Of a stretch of DNA of 64,000 bases, positions 22,601 through 36,200 are shown one piece after another (the first letter of the stretch is position 1; every line of letters begins with the position of its first letter). Position numbers and translations under genes: made by a program. Origin of the DNA: Cyanophora paradoxa CCMP329 (taxonomy: Eukaryota > Plantae > Glaucophyta); contig QPMI01000556.1 in assembly GCA_004431415.1 (NCBI GenBank), positions 14,994 to 78,993 of the forward strand. Reading direction: 5' to 3'. The notes under the pieces are model-generated. The model searched no databases, was not told the DNA's origin, and saw only the letters and a program-made list of their open reading frames with translations.

Positions 22601-25600
22601 TGGCCCTGCAGGCCATGCGCCTCGCCGACGCCGAGGAGCTCGCCGCCAGCGTCCTCCGCGCCCGCTCCCTCCCCCGCCAGCTCGCCTCCTTCGTCTGTGC
22701 GCCCCCGGAGCCCTCGTCCTCCCTCGCCCTCCTCCACTCACGCCGGGGCGCGCGCGCAGACGAGCAGTCATCGGGGATCCCCTCGGTCGTGATCGACGTG
22801 GCGCAGGCGCTGCAGGAGAACGGCTTCCTGCAGGTCGCCCCCAGCGGCGAGGTCCAGCTCCTCAAGTCGCTGCGGCCCGTCAAGCCGACCGACGCCGTCC
22901 GCTCGGCGCTCTGCAGCCGCCTGGACCGCCTGGAGGGCCCGCAGCTGCTCGTCCTGAAGCTCGCCGCCGTCGTCGGGCGGCGCTTCACGTGGCCCGAGCT
23001 GCTCGCCATCCACCCGGCGACCAAGGCCGCCTACGGCGTCGTCGCCCCGCACTCCTCCGGCGAGCTCGCCGGCATCGCCAGCTTCGTCGCCCCGCCCGCC
23101 CCGCGGCCGCCCGCGCCCGGCAGGCGGTTCGAGCGGCCGCCGGCGTCGGCCCCGCCGGTGGCGGCGGCGGCCGCGAAGGAGTCTCTGGGGGCGGCGATCC
23201 TCGAGATGGAGCACGCGCTCGGCGCCCTCTGCGACCTCCAGATCCTCGTGCCCCCTTTCTCTCGTTTCCCCCGTGGCCTCCGGCTGAGCGCGCGGGGCAG
23301 CGGGACGTGTCCCGGGAGGAGCGGGGCGGGGGCGGGGCGGCCCTGCCGGCCTCCACCACGCCCCGCGCCCACGCCAAGTCCGAGTGGTGCGCCCCGCGCT
23401 CAGTTTACTCCCAAGGACGGGCTCTGCTGAAGGAATGCCGCGCCGCCCGCAGGGAGTTCGTGCACGCGACGATGCATGAGACGACGTACAGCCTGCTGCC
23501 CGTCGCCGAGCGCCGCGGCCTCCACCGCGCCCTCGCCCTCTGGCACGAGCGCCGCTTCGCCCGCGCCCTGCTCCTCGGCTCCGGCCCCGCCGCCGGCTCG
23601 GCCGTCGTCGTGGGCCTCGGGGCCGCCTCGCCGGCCAACTCGCGGCCCGGCTCGGCCCGCCGCGGGGCCCCGCCCGAGGCGGCCGCGGCCCCGCTGCACG
23701 CCCGCGTGCAGGCCCTCGCGGGGAGCGAGGCGGCGAGCGGCTCTGGCTCCCGCCGCTTCGAGGCCGGCGCCGGGGCGGCGGGGAGCGGCGGGGCCGGGGA
23801 GGGCCGGCGGCGCTTCGCGCAAACGGACCTGGCGCTCCTCTCGCACCACTTTCTCAACGCGGGGGAGTACGAACAGGCCGGGCCCTACCTCGAGCAGGCG
23901 CCCCCGCCCCCGCCCCCGCCCGAGCCCGAGCTCCAGCTCCGGGCTGAGGCGGCGCGGGCAGTGCGCGCGGGCGGCGCTGGAGGCCTACGCCAACGTCGAG
24001 GCCTCGCGCCTCTACGAGGACCTGCTCCGCGTCAGCCCGCAGGCGCCGCCCCTCCAGCGCGCCGCCTGGCTCCGCGCCCGCGCCGACGCCCTCCGCCGCT
24101 CTGGGTGCGCCCGTTCGATAGAACTCGAAAGACCTCCGCCGCCCGCCCCGCTCACGCTCAGGCCGCCTCGGGGCGCGGCAGGCTCTTCGCCGAGGCGGTG
24201 CAGTGCGCGCGCGAGGGCCTCGCCCTCCTCGGCCACCCCCTCCCCTCGTGCGTCCGCCCCGCCCGCCCGCCCCGCCGCCCCGCGCGCCTTAGCCGCGGTG
24301 GGCGCAGCGGGGAGGGGGCGCTGGCGCTCCGCTACGCGCTGCTGGAGCTGCGGCTGCGCTTCACAGAGGCCCCCGACGCAGCGGCCCTCGCCGCTGGCCC
24401 CGGGCCCGCCGCCGCCCTCGACGCCCGCCTCGCCGGCGGTGGCGGCGGCGGCGGCGGCGGCGGCAAGCGGCGCTCGCTGTGGGACATCCTCTGCTGCCGC
24501 CGTCGCCGGCCGCAGTGCGTCGACGACGGCGAGGGCCGCTGCTCGGTCCGCCCGCCCCGCCCCGCCCGCCCGCCCCGCGCGAGCTCGCCTCAGCCCACGC
24601 GGCCCCGGCAGGTGGAGGCGGCGCGGGAGGCGTGCCGGCTCTACTGGGCGACGATCAGCGCGGCGTGGGCGACGCACCACCGCCGCCTCTTCCTCTACGC
24701 CGCCGCCCGCATGCTCGACCTCGCCGTCGCCCTCGCCGAGGCCGGCCCGAGCTCGCCGCCGCCGCCGCCGCCTGGGCCGCCGTCTCCGGCCTCCAGCAGC
24801 GCCGCGAGGCCGCGCGGGCGTGGGCGCGGCTCGCGTGGGGCGTGGCGGTGCGGCTGCAGGACGCGGAGGTCTGGTCGGGCGTCGTGGCCTTCGTGCCGAC
24901 GGCGATGCTGGCGGTGGAGGACCTGGAGGCGGCGGAGGGGATGCTCCAGAGCGCCGCCCAGCTCTTCTCCCGCACTTCCTCCCTCCGCGACTCCCTCCGC
25001 GCCTCCCTCACCCTCTCCTTCGTCGTGCGCGCTGCCCGCCCTCCCCTTCCGCCCGCCGGCGTCGCCCCGCGGCTGACCGCGCGAGCCCCGCTCCGCCCCG
25101 GGCAGCACCTGCGGGCGCCGCGCGTCTCGGCCGACGAGCTGCGCGCCGGCGCGCAGGCCATCCGCGTGCGCACCGCCGCCCCGCCGCCCGCGCCGCCGCC
25201 CTTCTGAGCGGCCCGGCAGCGGGCGCTGGAGAAGAGCGCGCGGTATCCCGACCTGATCGAGGACGGGGAGCGCGTGGCGGCGCAGGCGGCGTGGGCCCGC
25301 GCCATGCTCGCCCTCGACCGCGCCCCAACGCCCTCGACGGTCCGCCCCTGGGCCCCGCCCGCCGTCCCCCGACTTTCTTCCGTCTGAGGCGCCTGGCGGG
25401 CAGCGCTGGAGTCGTTCGACCAGCAGTGCCCGGCGCGCAAGGCGGGCCCCGCGGAGCGCGCCGCCTTCCTCGCGGCGTACGGGCGGGCCCTGCTGGCGAT
25501 GAACGGGCCCGGGGCGCGCACGTGGGACGACCGCCCGCTCGCCGCCGTGGCCGTCGAGTGCGTGGAGGCGGCGCTGGAGGCGGACGCGGGGGCGCACTTC

Positions 25601-27327
25601 TTCGCCGTCGCGGAGCCCCTCGCCACCGCTGCCTTCCTCCTCTACACCCTCCGCCTCGCGTCCGCCCCCTGCCGCCCCCGCCTTCCTCTCGCCCTCGTCG
25701 AGCCTTGCCCGCGCGCGCAGGCTGCTGCCGGTGGAGCGGGCGCGGGCGCACCCGGCGCACCCCCTCCTCGAGCTCTTCACGGAGGGCCCGCGCAGCCGCG
25801 CCCCGTCGGCCGCCCGCCGCGCCCAGCAGGCGGCCGGGGCGCCGGGGACGCCACTCTCTGCGGGGGACGGGGCCGGTGAGCCGTCGTTCATCCTCCCGTC
25901 GGCGCGCGCCCTGGCCGTGCGGCGGCGCTCGAGCGGCCTTCTGGTAGCCCCGGCGGCGGACGCGGGGGCGCTCCTGGCGGCCCTCGAGCGGGCGGCCCGG
26001 CGCCTCGCCGCGCTCGACGGCTTCGGCCTCGTGCGGCCCCTCGCCGCCTACGCCCGCGGCCTCCTCCACTCCGCCCGCGGTGCCCACCGCCGCGCCCGCG
26101 CCTGCTTCGCCGCCGCCGCCGCCGCCGCGGCCGCCGGCGGCGCGGCGCAGGCCGTCCCTGCGGGGGCGCCGGGGGGTTGGTGCGCGACGGCGGGGCCAAG
26201 GGGGACGGCACCTCGCTGCACGGCGGCTCGGTGTGGGCGGCGGTTCGGCAGCGGCGGCGGGGGACGGCGGGTCGGTGCGGGGCGGGCGGGGGGCGGCGCG
26301 GGAGCCGCTGGCGGCGCTGCAGCGGCGGCTGCGGGGCGGGGCGCGGCACCCGCGGGACGAGGGCCTCGCGCTCCTCTTTGCCGCCCTCCACGCCCCGCGC
26401 GCGCCCCGCCCCGCGCCGCCCGCGCCGCCGGCGGCGGCGGCGCTGTACGCGGTGCGGGAGCGGCTGGCGCCGGTGTCAGCGGCGAGCTCGGGCGACCTCC
26501 TCCTCGCTAGCGGCGACGCCTCGACGCCCTCGCCCAAGGGCGGCGCCCGGCCCCGCCGCCGCCCGCGCGCCGGCCGCCGCGGGAGGCGGGACGGAGGCGG
26601 GGCGGCTGCTGGGGCGGGCGGAGGGGTGCTTCGAGGCGTGCAGCGACCTCTACATGGCGCGCGCCGCCCGCCGCCTCGCCGCCCTCCTCGAGGGCGGCCC
26701 CGCCCGCGCCCCGCGGCCGGCCCCGAGGAGGCCCCCGGGGAGGGCTCGGGCGGGGAGGCCTCGGGGGCGAGGAGCCCTGGGCCGCGGCCGGGGACGCCCG
26801 CCCCTCGGTCCGCTTCCGCGTCACGCGCGTCGAGTCCCTGGGCTCCGCCGCCGGCCCGCGGCCGGCCCCGCGGCGGAGCGGGCGGCGCCAGCGCCGGCCC
26901 CCCCGGCGCCGGCACCACAGCAGCGGCAGCCTGCGGGGCCGTCGCCCGCCGACCCCGCCGCAGCCGCGGCGGCCGTGCGCCGCCCCTCCGACGCCCCCTC
27001 CGCCGCCCCCTCCGACGCCTCGGAGCTCGTCCCGGAGCTCGAGCTCGCCTGAGGCCCCGATCCGCGCGCCCCGCCCCGCGACTTCGTTTGTGGTAGACGT
27101 GTCTCGTGACTCTCGTCCCTTCTTTGACGTGTCAGCCCGCATTATAGATGAATGCATTCATTTGCTTTCACGAGGTTCGGTAGATACCGCAGATTGTCTT
27201 TTAGATACTAGATACCGCTTTTATGTTGCCTCACGATCCTGTCTGCAGCTGTAGGTCGTTGCAGCCTTTGTTCCATCATGGCATTTCCCCCTTACACACT
27301 CGTATCATTTTCAATACAAGCTCAGCG
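13708..27327. repeat. Segmental tandem duplication, copy 1 (~13.6 kb)
   Basis: Near-identical to 27325-40824; the junction shares GCG at 27325-27327. Confidence 0.95.
17094..27052 (+). CDS. Soluble adenylyl cyclase-like (ADCY10-type): two class III cyclase domains, P-loop/STAND NTPase and helical C-terminus, copy 1
   Basis: C1 domain LLDISGFSALCE...HGGEIVSFLGDGLLVYW; C2 domain ISEFRAVSVMFV, QVVLDDKG, FGLWPVAHEDDP, GSPTRCEYSVFG, VNKAARLM, LKGIPEPV; Walker A LEGESGMG|KS; SRLDRLEGPQLLVLKLAAVVGRRF; many short introns. Confidence 0.85.
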
Positions 27328-30255
27328 CCCCGCGATCCGTGCCGTTGCAACGAGCATTCACACCAGATCTAGACAGGCGGCGCCGTCCGTCAGCCTCGCG
27401 GCCAGAACGGCGGCGCCGACCGTCGGACTCGGCGCCTCGTCGTTCGCCGGGACTCCGCTCTTCTTCACCGATGTTCCTGCAGCTGTCGACGTCCTCGGGA
27501 ACGTCGACGTCGCGGGCGGCAAGCAGCCGCCTCGCTGCATTGCCGGCAAGAGGAAGTCCGCCGGGACGAGCGCCCGCCGGGAGGTTCACGGTTTTTCACG
27601 CAAGACTTCTGCCGGCGCCGGAAATCCCCCCGAGTCTGGGCCCGAGAAGCTCAAGCCGCCGGAGAAGGTCCGGCCGCTTTCCTCTCCGCGAGTCCCCTCG
27701 CGCTTACCGGGGGCCGGGCGGCGCAGGCTCCGGGAGAGAAGAAGTGCGGGGGCGGGCGCGTGCGGGCGGACCTGGGCCTGCGGGCCCTGGCCGACGAGTG
27801 GCGCCCGCTCCTCTCCTCCACCAAAGACCTCAAGAATGACGCCCAGGCACGTGCCGCGCGCTTACCAGGGGCCGACGGCCGCTGAGTCGCGCCCAGGCCG
27901 GCCTCATCACGGCCTGCGTCTCCGTGCCCCTCTCCCTCGCCATCGGTGCGCCGGCCGAGTCGCCTGTGCGTGCGAGGCCGCCGTGACGCGGGCGGGGCGC
28001 GCGCGGGCGGCAGCGGTCGGCTCGGGCCTGCCGCCGGAGGTCGGCCTCGTCACCGCCGTCGTCGGATCCTTCGTCGCCGCCGCCGCCGGCGCGCCCCGCC
28101 CCGCCCCGCCGGCCCGGCGGCGGCTGACCCGCGCAGGGGGGACGCCGCTGGCGGTGAGCGGCCCGGCGGCGGCGATCGTGGCGACGTGCGCGGCGTGCGC
28201 GGCGGAGTTCGGCCCCGCCGGCGTCGCCCTCGTCGCCGCCGCCTGCGGCCTCCTGCAGGCACGCCGGCCCCCGCGCGCCCCCGGCCGCCCCGGGCCCCCC
28301 GCGTGGCTGAGGCCGCGGCGTCAGGTGCTCAGCGGGGCGCTCTCGCTGGGGGCGGCGGCGCGGCGCGTGCCGGTGCCGGTCGTGGCCGGCTTCACGTCGG
28401 GGATCGGCCTCACCGTGCTCCTCCAGCAGCTCCCCGCCGCCCTCTCCCTCCCGCGCCCCCCGGGCTCGCACCCCCCCGAGGTCCTCGCCCACCTCCTCGC
28501 CAACCTCCCCGCCGCCGACCCCGCCTCCCTCGCCCTCGCCTCCGCCGTCCGCCCCCGCCCCGCCCCGCCCGCCCCGCCCCGCCCCGCCTCACGCCCGTGC
28601 AGACGCTGGCGCTCATCTTCGCGCTCCCGAGGCTGGAGCTGCCCGTGCTCTCGCGGCTCCCCTCGACCCTCGTCGCCGTCGCCGCCGCCTCTGCCGCCGC
28701 CTCGGCCCTCGCCCTCGACGTGCCCCGCCTCGGCGCCATCCCCTCGAGCCTCCCCGCCCCGGGCCTCCCCGACATCTCCTTCCTCGCCCCCTCGGACCTG
28801 CCGGCCCTGGCGGGGTACGCCCTCGCCATCTTCGGGATCGCCTCCGTCGAATCGCTGCTCTCCTCGGCCGCCGTCGACAAGCTCTCCCGCGGCCGCTCCC
28901 GCCGGCACGACCCCGACCAGGAGCTCATCGGGCAGGGCCTCGCCAACGCTGCGGCGGCGCTCTTCGGCGGCATGCCCGTCTCCTCCGTCGTCGTCCGCTC
29001 CTCCCTCAACATCCAGTCGGGCGCCGTCACGCGCCGCGCCGGCGTGCTCCAGAGCGCCGCCCTCCTCGCCGCGGTCTGCGCGCTGGGACCGGCCATGGCG
29101 GAGATCCCCGTGCCCGTCCTCGCCGGCGTCCTCCTCTCGGTCGCCCTGCGCATGCTCTCCCCCCACGAGATCCGGGAGATCTGGCGGGCGCACCGCCCCG
29201 AGGCCCTCCCCTGGCTCCTCACCGCCGCCCTCGTCGCCGGCGCCGACGTGATCGTCGGCGTCGCCGCCGGCGTCGCCGCCGCCGTCGCCCTCGCCGCCGC
29301 CGGCGGGCGCGGGGCGCCCCTCGCCGTCGAGACCCGCCTCGGCGTCGAGTTCGCGAGCCTCTTCCCCGCCCCCGCCGCCGCCGGCACCCCGCTCCCCACC
29401 ACCACCAAGTCCGCCGCCTCCCCCGCCGCCGCCGCCGCCGCCGCCTCCCCGCCGCCGCCGCCGCCTCTGTTTTCGCCGAGAGCTCCGCCGCGAGCGTCCG
29501 GGAGGCCGTCGCGGCCGCGCGGGGCCCCGAGGCCGAGGGCGAGGGCGAGGGCGGCCGCGCGACGCCGGGGCCGGGGACGCCGGCCCTCAAGCCCGCCGAC
29601 CTCTGCGACGTCGTCCGCGTGCGCCCCGCCCCTCCCCGCCCGATCCCGAGCCCGCCCGCCCCGCCCCGCCCGCCCCGGGTCTGACGCCCGGGGGGCAGCT
29701 GGAGGGTGCGGCGACGTTCGCCTCGGGGCGGCCCTGGCGCGCCTGCTCGAGGAGCTCGCCGCCGCCCTCCGGAGCCCGGCGCCGGGGCCGCCGCCGCCGC
29801 CGGGCCGCCTCCTCGCGCCCCGCCCTCTTCGACCTCTCCGCCCTCGCCGCCCTCGACATCACCGGCGCCGAGCTGTGCGCCGCCCCGCCCCGCCCCCACC
29901 GCTCCCAGAGCCGCTCGGCCCGGCCGAGCCAAACCGGCGGGGCGGGGGCAGGATCATCGACGCGGTGGGGACGCTGATCGAGCAGGGGAAGCCGTGCGTG
30001 TTCGTGGGGCGAGCGCGGGGCGCGGGCGTTCCTCCTCGCGTGCGACCACGGGCGGCGCGTGCACGCCGTGGCGCACGTCGCCGGCCCCGCCGCCCTCGCC
30101 GCCGACCTCCTCCAGCGCCCCGACCAGATCGAGGTCCGCGCCCGCACCCGCCCGCACGCCCCAGCGCCGCCGTCCCCGGCGCCGGCCGAGCGGGGCCCGA
30201 ACGACCGCGGCGCGCGCAGGGAGTGCTCCTCGACGCCCCCGTCGTCGTCCAGTAG
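27278..30255 (+). CDS. SulP/SLC26 transporter copy 2 with a new chimeric N-terminus (MAFPPYTLVSFSIQAQ-RPAIRA...)
   Basis: ATG at 27278 is in frame across the duplication junction; the body matches copy 1 apart from indels. Confidence 0.6.
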
Positions 30256-33200
30256 CCGCGCATCTGCACCCGCTGCAGCTGCGGCTGCAGCTGGTCCGCG
30301 CACGCCGCGGATTCTGTTTAATTTCGCTTTTCTGTTTTTGCTTTTCTAAGCTAGGCTAGTGCACTTCAGCTTGTACGTCAAGCCCCCGCAGTACATCATG
30401 CCGGCGACGCTGCTGCCTAATCCATGTAAAAACTCAACGTCCGACTCGGTACGAGGGCCGGCCGGCCGGCGCGCTTCAGCGGCGCCGTCCTTCGAATTCG
30501 CTGCTAGCGTGGCGCAAGCGCCGGCGCCGGTGCTGAATTCGAACTCGAGTCGGGGAGGGGTGCGCCCGAGGGGGTACAGGCGCGATCCGTCGCGCATCTT
30601 CGGCAGCGCCAACTTGCTGGGTGGCCAGTAGAGCCGCGCGCGATGGCGATGCAGCGGCGAGAATGAACGCGGGAGAGGTCAGGTCATCTAGCTAGGGACG
30701 CGGACGTGCCATGCATAGATTCGTCCCCGGTGCGTATACGGTCTCGATCATTGCAGGGAGAGATCGATGCGAGCAGCCTGTGATCGGCCCCGCAAACAGC
30801 GCCGTGCTGGAGCGCTGCGCGGGCGGGCGAGTCGGAGGACGCGCGAGACCTCGTCCGCGGCCGGACACCGCTCGCACGCGGTTGTTTGTCTGCTGGACAT
30901 ATCCGGTGCGTGCGATCACTTTACGCGCGCCGCCGCCGCCCAGAGCGCGTTTGCCGAAAGGGCACGTCGTGACCTTCCGCGCGCGCGCAGGCTTCTCAGG
31001 TCCGTGGCCAGCGATGCGGGCTGCGCCGGCCTCGGGAGACTGTTCTAATCAAGCTAGACGCATTCAGCATGCCGCGCGCGCGCGACACTCGCGCGGTCAT
31101 GCATATGCCGCGCCGCACTTACCTCGCCGGCGCCGCGCAGCGCTGTGCGAGCGCTACAACGGCGCCGAGTCGTCGATCGAAGGTCGGCGCGCCGCGTTTC
31201 GCGTCGAGGGATCCGAGCTCACGCGCGGGCCCGCGGCAGAGCTGTGCGACCTTGTGAACAAGGCCTTCTGCAGAGAGATCGAGCTCGTGCAGAAGCACGG
31301 CGGCGAGATCGTGAGCTTCCTCGGCGGTGCGCGCGCGCCCCTCTCCCTCCTTCCGCCCGCCCCGGCCATCCGCCGGCGGCTGACGCGCACGGTACGGCCC
31401 CTCGCGCATCTCCCCCCTTCGCGTGCAGATGGGTGCGGGTCGCGCGTTTTGATTCCTTCCGTGTTGCCACTCCGCTGAAGAGACTGCAGGCTGCTGGTGT
31501 ACTGGCCCCTGGGCGAGTCGGCGGAGGAGCAGGAGGGGGCGGGGCGGCCGAGGGCGGGGCGCGGGGCGCCAGGGCGGAGGGCGGCCTCTCGGGGCGGCGG
31601 CGGCGGAGATGGCGCGGCGGGCGGCGCAGGCCGTCTCCTGCGCCATCGAGGCGAGCGGGCCCGCCTGCGCTCCCCGCGGCCGGGCCTCGGGCTGACGCGT
31701 CAACAGGTGCAGGAGCTCTTCAGCGCGCTGCGGCTCGGCGAGGGCATGGGCCTTCGTCTCCGCATCGCCATCGCCGCCGGGCCCTACCGCGAGTGCGCCC
31801 CGCGCCCGCCCGCCCCGCCCGCCCCGCCCGGCGCGGCCCTCGGAGCCGACGCCGGGGCCTCGCGCGCGCGGGGGGCGCAGGTACTTCTGCGGGATCGGGG
31901 AGCGGGGCGTGCAGGAGGCTGCAGGGGGCGGCGGGGAGGCGGCGGCGGCGCAGCGGCGGGCGGCGTGGGCGGGAGCGGGGCGCGGGGGCGCTGGAGGGCG
32001 GAGCGAGCGGGGTCGCTGGACGGGGCGGGAGACTTCGCCGGCGTCCTCCTCGACGAGCAGGGCCAGGTCATCCGGGGTGCGCGGAGCCGCCGCCCCGCCG
32101 CCAGCGCCGGGCTCCCCTCTAAGGGCGGGCGGGGGCAGGCGGATGGTGTACTTCATCACGAGCGGGGCGATCCAGGAGGCGGGGGAGGCGCTGGGGCCAT
32201 CGCGCCGGGCCAGGTCGCCGTCTGCGACTCGGTCTTCGCCTTCCTGCCCCGCGCCGCCCTCGCCGCCGGCGGGGCCCCGAGCCCCTCCTCTCCGCCTCCT
32301 CCGACGAGGCCGCCTCCGCCCCCGACGCGGCGTACCCCCGGCCCTCCCGTTCCCGTACCCCGGCGGCATCTTCTCCGGCGGCGAGGGCCGCTCGCCGCGG
32401 CGGGCGGGAGCCTGCGGGGCGGGGACGTGACGACGGGCCTGGCGGCGAGCCTGGCGGCCGGGGCCGGGGCGGGCGGGGCGGGGAGGGGCGGGGGCGGGGA
32501 TGGGAGCATGCCGGTGAGGGTGGCGAGCTTCCGCGACCTGGCCGGGGCAGCCTCCGCGGGGCGAGGCGGCGGGGGCCGGCGGCGGCAGCAAGCACGGCGG
32601 CTCGATCTTCGGCTCGATCTTCGGCAGCGGCGGGCCCCTCGGCGGCGCGGCTCCCTGGGCGCGCCCCCGGCCAAGCGCGGCGCCCGCACGCTCTCCCTGC
32701 CGCTCGGCGGCGGCGCGGAGGCGCGCCGCGGCTCGAACGCGTCGCTCTTCGGGCTGGACTCGGCGGCCTCGGAGAAAGGGGCCGTGGTGCTGGACGCCGC
32801 CGCCCGCGCCGCCTTCGAGACCTACGTCGCCGTCATGGGCTGGCGCCCCGCCGACGCCTCCCGCGGTGCCCACCCCCCGCACCGTCCCTCCCCTCTGTCC
32901 TTCGAGCCTCGAGCGCGCGCAGGGGGCGCGGTGGCGCCGCTGCGGCCGCACCAGCACCAGCCGCACCGGCGGCCCTTCAACATCGAGACCCCCGCCCCAT
33001 CGCCCGTCCCCTTCGACGACGAGTCCGCCCTGCCCGCCCCGCCCCGATCCGCGCCGCTCTGATGTGGGGGCGGAGGGCGGAGAGCGCGGAGGCGCTGGTG
33101 GAGGGATGGGGGAGGAGCAGCGGGCGCGCTGCTGCTCTACGTGCCCTACGCCGTCCGCGCCCGCGTCGAGCAGCTCGAGCGCCACGGCGCCGCCATCGGT

Positions 33201-36200
33201 GCCGCCTCCCCGCCCGCCCCGCCCCGCCCCGCGCCCTCCCTCTCGAGGCCTCCTAAACCCCCGCCCCGCCTGGCAGACATCGCGCGGTACATCTCGGAGT
33301 TCCGCGCCGTCTCCGTCATGTTCGTGAGCCTCGCCGCCCTCGACACGGCCTTCGGCGTCGTCCAGCACACCGTCCAGGCCCGCCCGCCCCGGAGGAACCC
33401 TCCCCGCCCCCTCCTCCTGCTCTGAGGCCCCTCCGGACCCGCAGACGCTGCAGGCGGTGCTGTACGCCCACCAGGGCTCCCTCCGCCAGGTCGTCCTCGA
33501 CGACAAGGTACCCCCCCCCCCCCCCCCCCGGGGCCCCCGGCTCCCCGTGACGACGACGCGGGGCGGGGCAGGGCCTGGTGCTGATCGGTGTCTTCGGGCT
33601 CTGGCCGGTGGCCCACGAGGACGACCCCGTCCGCTGCACCGCCTGCGGCGCGCCCCGCCGCCCCCGCCCCAGCCCCGCCCCGCCCCCTACTCGGCCCTGA
33701 CAAGCGCCGCAGCGCTGGACGTGGCGGAGGCGATGCGCTCCCAGCGCCTCAAGTCCTCCATCGGGCCCGCCTCTAATTTCCCGCTTTCCCGCCCCGCCCC
33801 GCACGAACGCTGCTGACGCCGGCGCAGCGTCTCAACGGGCCTCGTCTACTCCACCTTCGGTCCGCGACGCCACTCCCCGCCCGCACGAGCGGTTCGGCTC
33901 CGCCGCGCCGCGCTCCTCCTCACGGGCGCGCAGTGGGGAGCCCGACGCGCTGCGAGTACTCCGTCTTCGGCACCGGTGCGCCCCTCCGCTCGCCGCTGGA
34001 AGCACTTGGCCCGCCTCGCTGACCCGTCCCCCTCCCGCCCGCTCAGTCGTGAACAAGGCCGGTGAGGCGGCGCCTCCCGATCCCACCCGCCTCGCCCGCC
34101 CCGCCTTGCCCGCCCGCCGCCGACGCCGGCGGCAGCGCGGCTGATGGCGATGGCGGACGGTGGCATCTTAGCTGACGAGGCCACCGCCGCCGCCGCGTCC
34201 GTCCCGCCCGCCCCGGCAGCCCCGGGCGGCCGCTGAGAGTCTGGTGCGGGGCGGGGCGCAGGGCGCAGCGGGTGCTGATGGTGCCGGCGGGGGAGGCGGT
34301 GCTCAAGGGCATCCCCGAGCCTGTCAAGCTCTTCCAGTGCGGCGTCCTGGGCCTCCTCCGCCCGCCCGCTCCGCCCGGCCCTGAGCGGGCGGGGCGGCAG
34401 GCCGCGGGCCTGCGGAAGGCCTCGTGGTGGAGCAGCGAGGACCCCGATGGGAGCGACGAGGAGGAGCGCCGCCGCCTCGCCCGCCGCCGCCCCGCCCGTC
34501 TGGCCATCCCCCATGCTCGCCGGCCTCTCCGGCAAGCCCCCGCCCCCGGCCTCGCCCGCCCCGCTCGGCGGTGCCGGCGGCGGCAGCAACAAGAAGGCTG
34601 AGCGCTCCCGCCCAAGAAGCGGTCCGCCCCGGCAACTCGCCCCGTGCTCGCGGGGCGCCTCTGAGGGGCGGGGCAGCGGGTGCCGATGGTGGGGCGCGAC
34701 GCCGAGCAGCAGCTCCTCGAGTCGGCTCTCGAGAAGGCCCGCCCGCCCGCCCCCGCCGCCCGCCCCTCCGATCCGCCTCTGACTTTAATTTGAGCGCAGC
34801 TGATGGGGGGCGGGCGGGGGTGGGAGGACGGGGCGGCCTCGGCGCGCTCGGGGCGCTCGGTCGGCTCGCACGTCTCCGTGGCCGGGGGCGGGGGCGCCCA
34901 CAGCTCCCTCGTCCTCCTCGAGGGCGAGAGCGGCATGGGTGCGCCGGGGCCCCAAGCGGCGGCGCCGGCCGCGGCGTCCCAACTCCGTCTGAGGCGCGGG
35001 GGGCGGCAGGCAAAAGCGCGCTGCTGCGGGACTTCCGGAGCGCGGCGAAGCAGCGCGGCGCCGCCGTCGCCGCCAGCGTCTCCCGCTCCCACCACCGCCG
35101 CCAGCCGTCCGCCCGCCCGCCCCGCCCGCCCCGCCCGTCTCTGCCTGAGCGGCACCGGCGGCCAGGTTCAACGGGTGGCGGCACGTGCTGCACGCGCTCT
35201 TCCCCTCGGGGAGCTGCAGATGGCCCCTTCCTCGACCGCGACGGCGTCGAGCTCCTCCCCGAGCTCATGGCCGCCCTCGCCCTCGAGCCGCGCCCGGCGA
35301 GGCGCCCCGCCCCGCCGCCCCCGCCTTCAGCACCTCCCCGCCCTCCCTCGGCAACCTCGCGATCGCCGCGTTGGCGGCCCCGCCCCGCCCCCGGCCCCGC
35401 TCGTCGCCGTGACGGGCGATGGCGACGGGGACCCCGCCCCGCCCCCTCCACGGAGCCGACGGCGCTCCGCCTGCGCGAGCGCGACCGCGAGCAGGCGGCG
35501 GCGGCGGCCGCCGCCGCCGCGGGCCGGCCGGGCTGGCGACGGTGGCGCAGGCGGCGGCGGCGAGGGCGGGGCGCCCGGGGCGGAGAGCCCGCGGCGGAGG
35601 CGGCAGAGCCTGACATGGACGGAGGTGACGCCGGAGCGGGCAGGAGAGGGCAGGGCCGAGCACGAACGCGGCGAGCGCGAGCGGCAGCCGGCGGCCCTCG
35701 GGCGTGCCGCGCCAGCTCTCCAACCCTCCGTCCTCTCCGCCGCCACCCGCAAGCTCAGCCTCTCCCACGGCGGCGGCGCCGGCCCCGGCGGGCGCCCCGG
35801 GCGGCGCTGGCGGAGCGGACGGGCGAGGCGCGCTCGATGGGCCTGCGGGCGCTCATCGTGCGGCTCGTCCTCCGGCGCGCCGCCCTCGGGCCCGTCGTCC
35901 TCATCTTCGACGGCGCGCCCGCCCGCCCGCCCCGCCCGCTCGCCCGCCCCGCCGTCCCGTAACCAGCGGCGCACGCAGACCTGCACTGGGGGACTCGCAG
36001 ACGTGGCTGACGCTGCAGGACCTCGTGGCGAGCTGGAGGAGGCCGACGCCGCGCGGCTCCTCCTCGTGGCCGCCCTGCGGCCCCGCAGGCCCTCTCCGTC
36101 GCCGGCCGCGCCCTCCAGCGCCTCCGCCGCAAGCGCGCCGCCACGACGCTGGCCCTGCAGGCCATGCGCCTCGCCGACGCCGAGGAGCTCGCCGCCAGCG

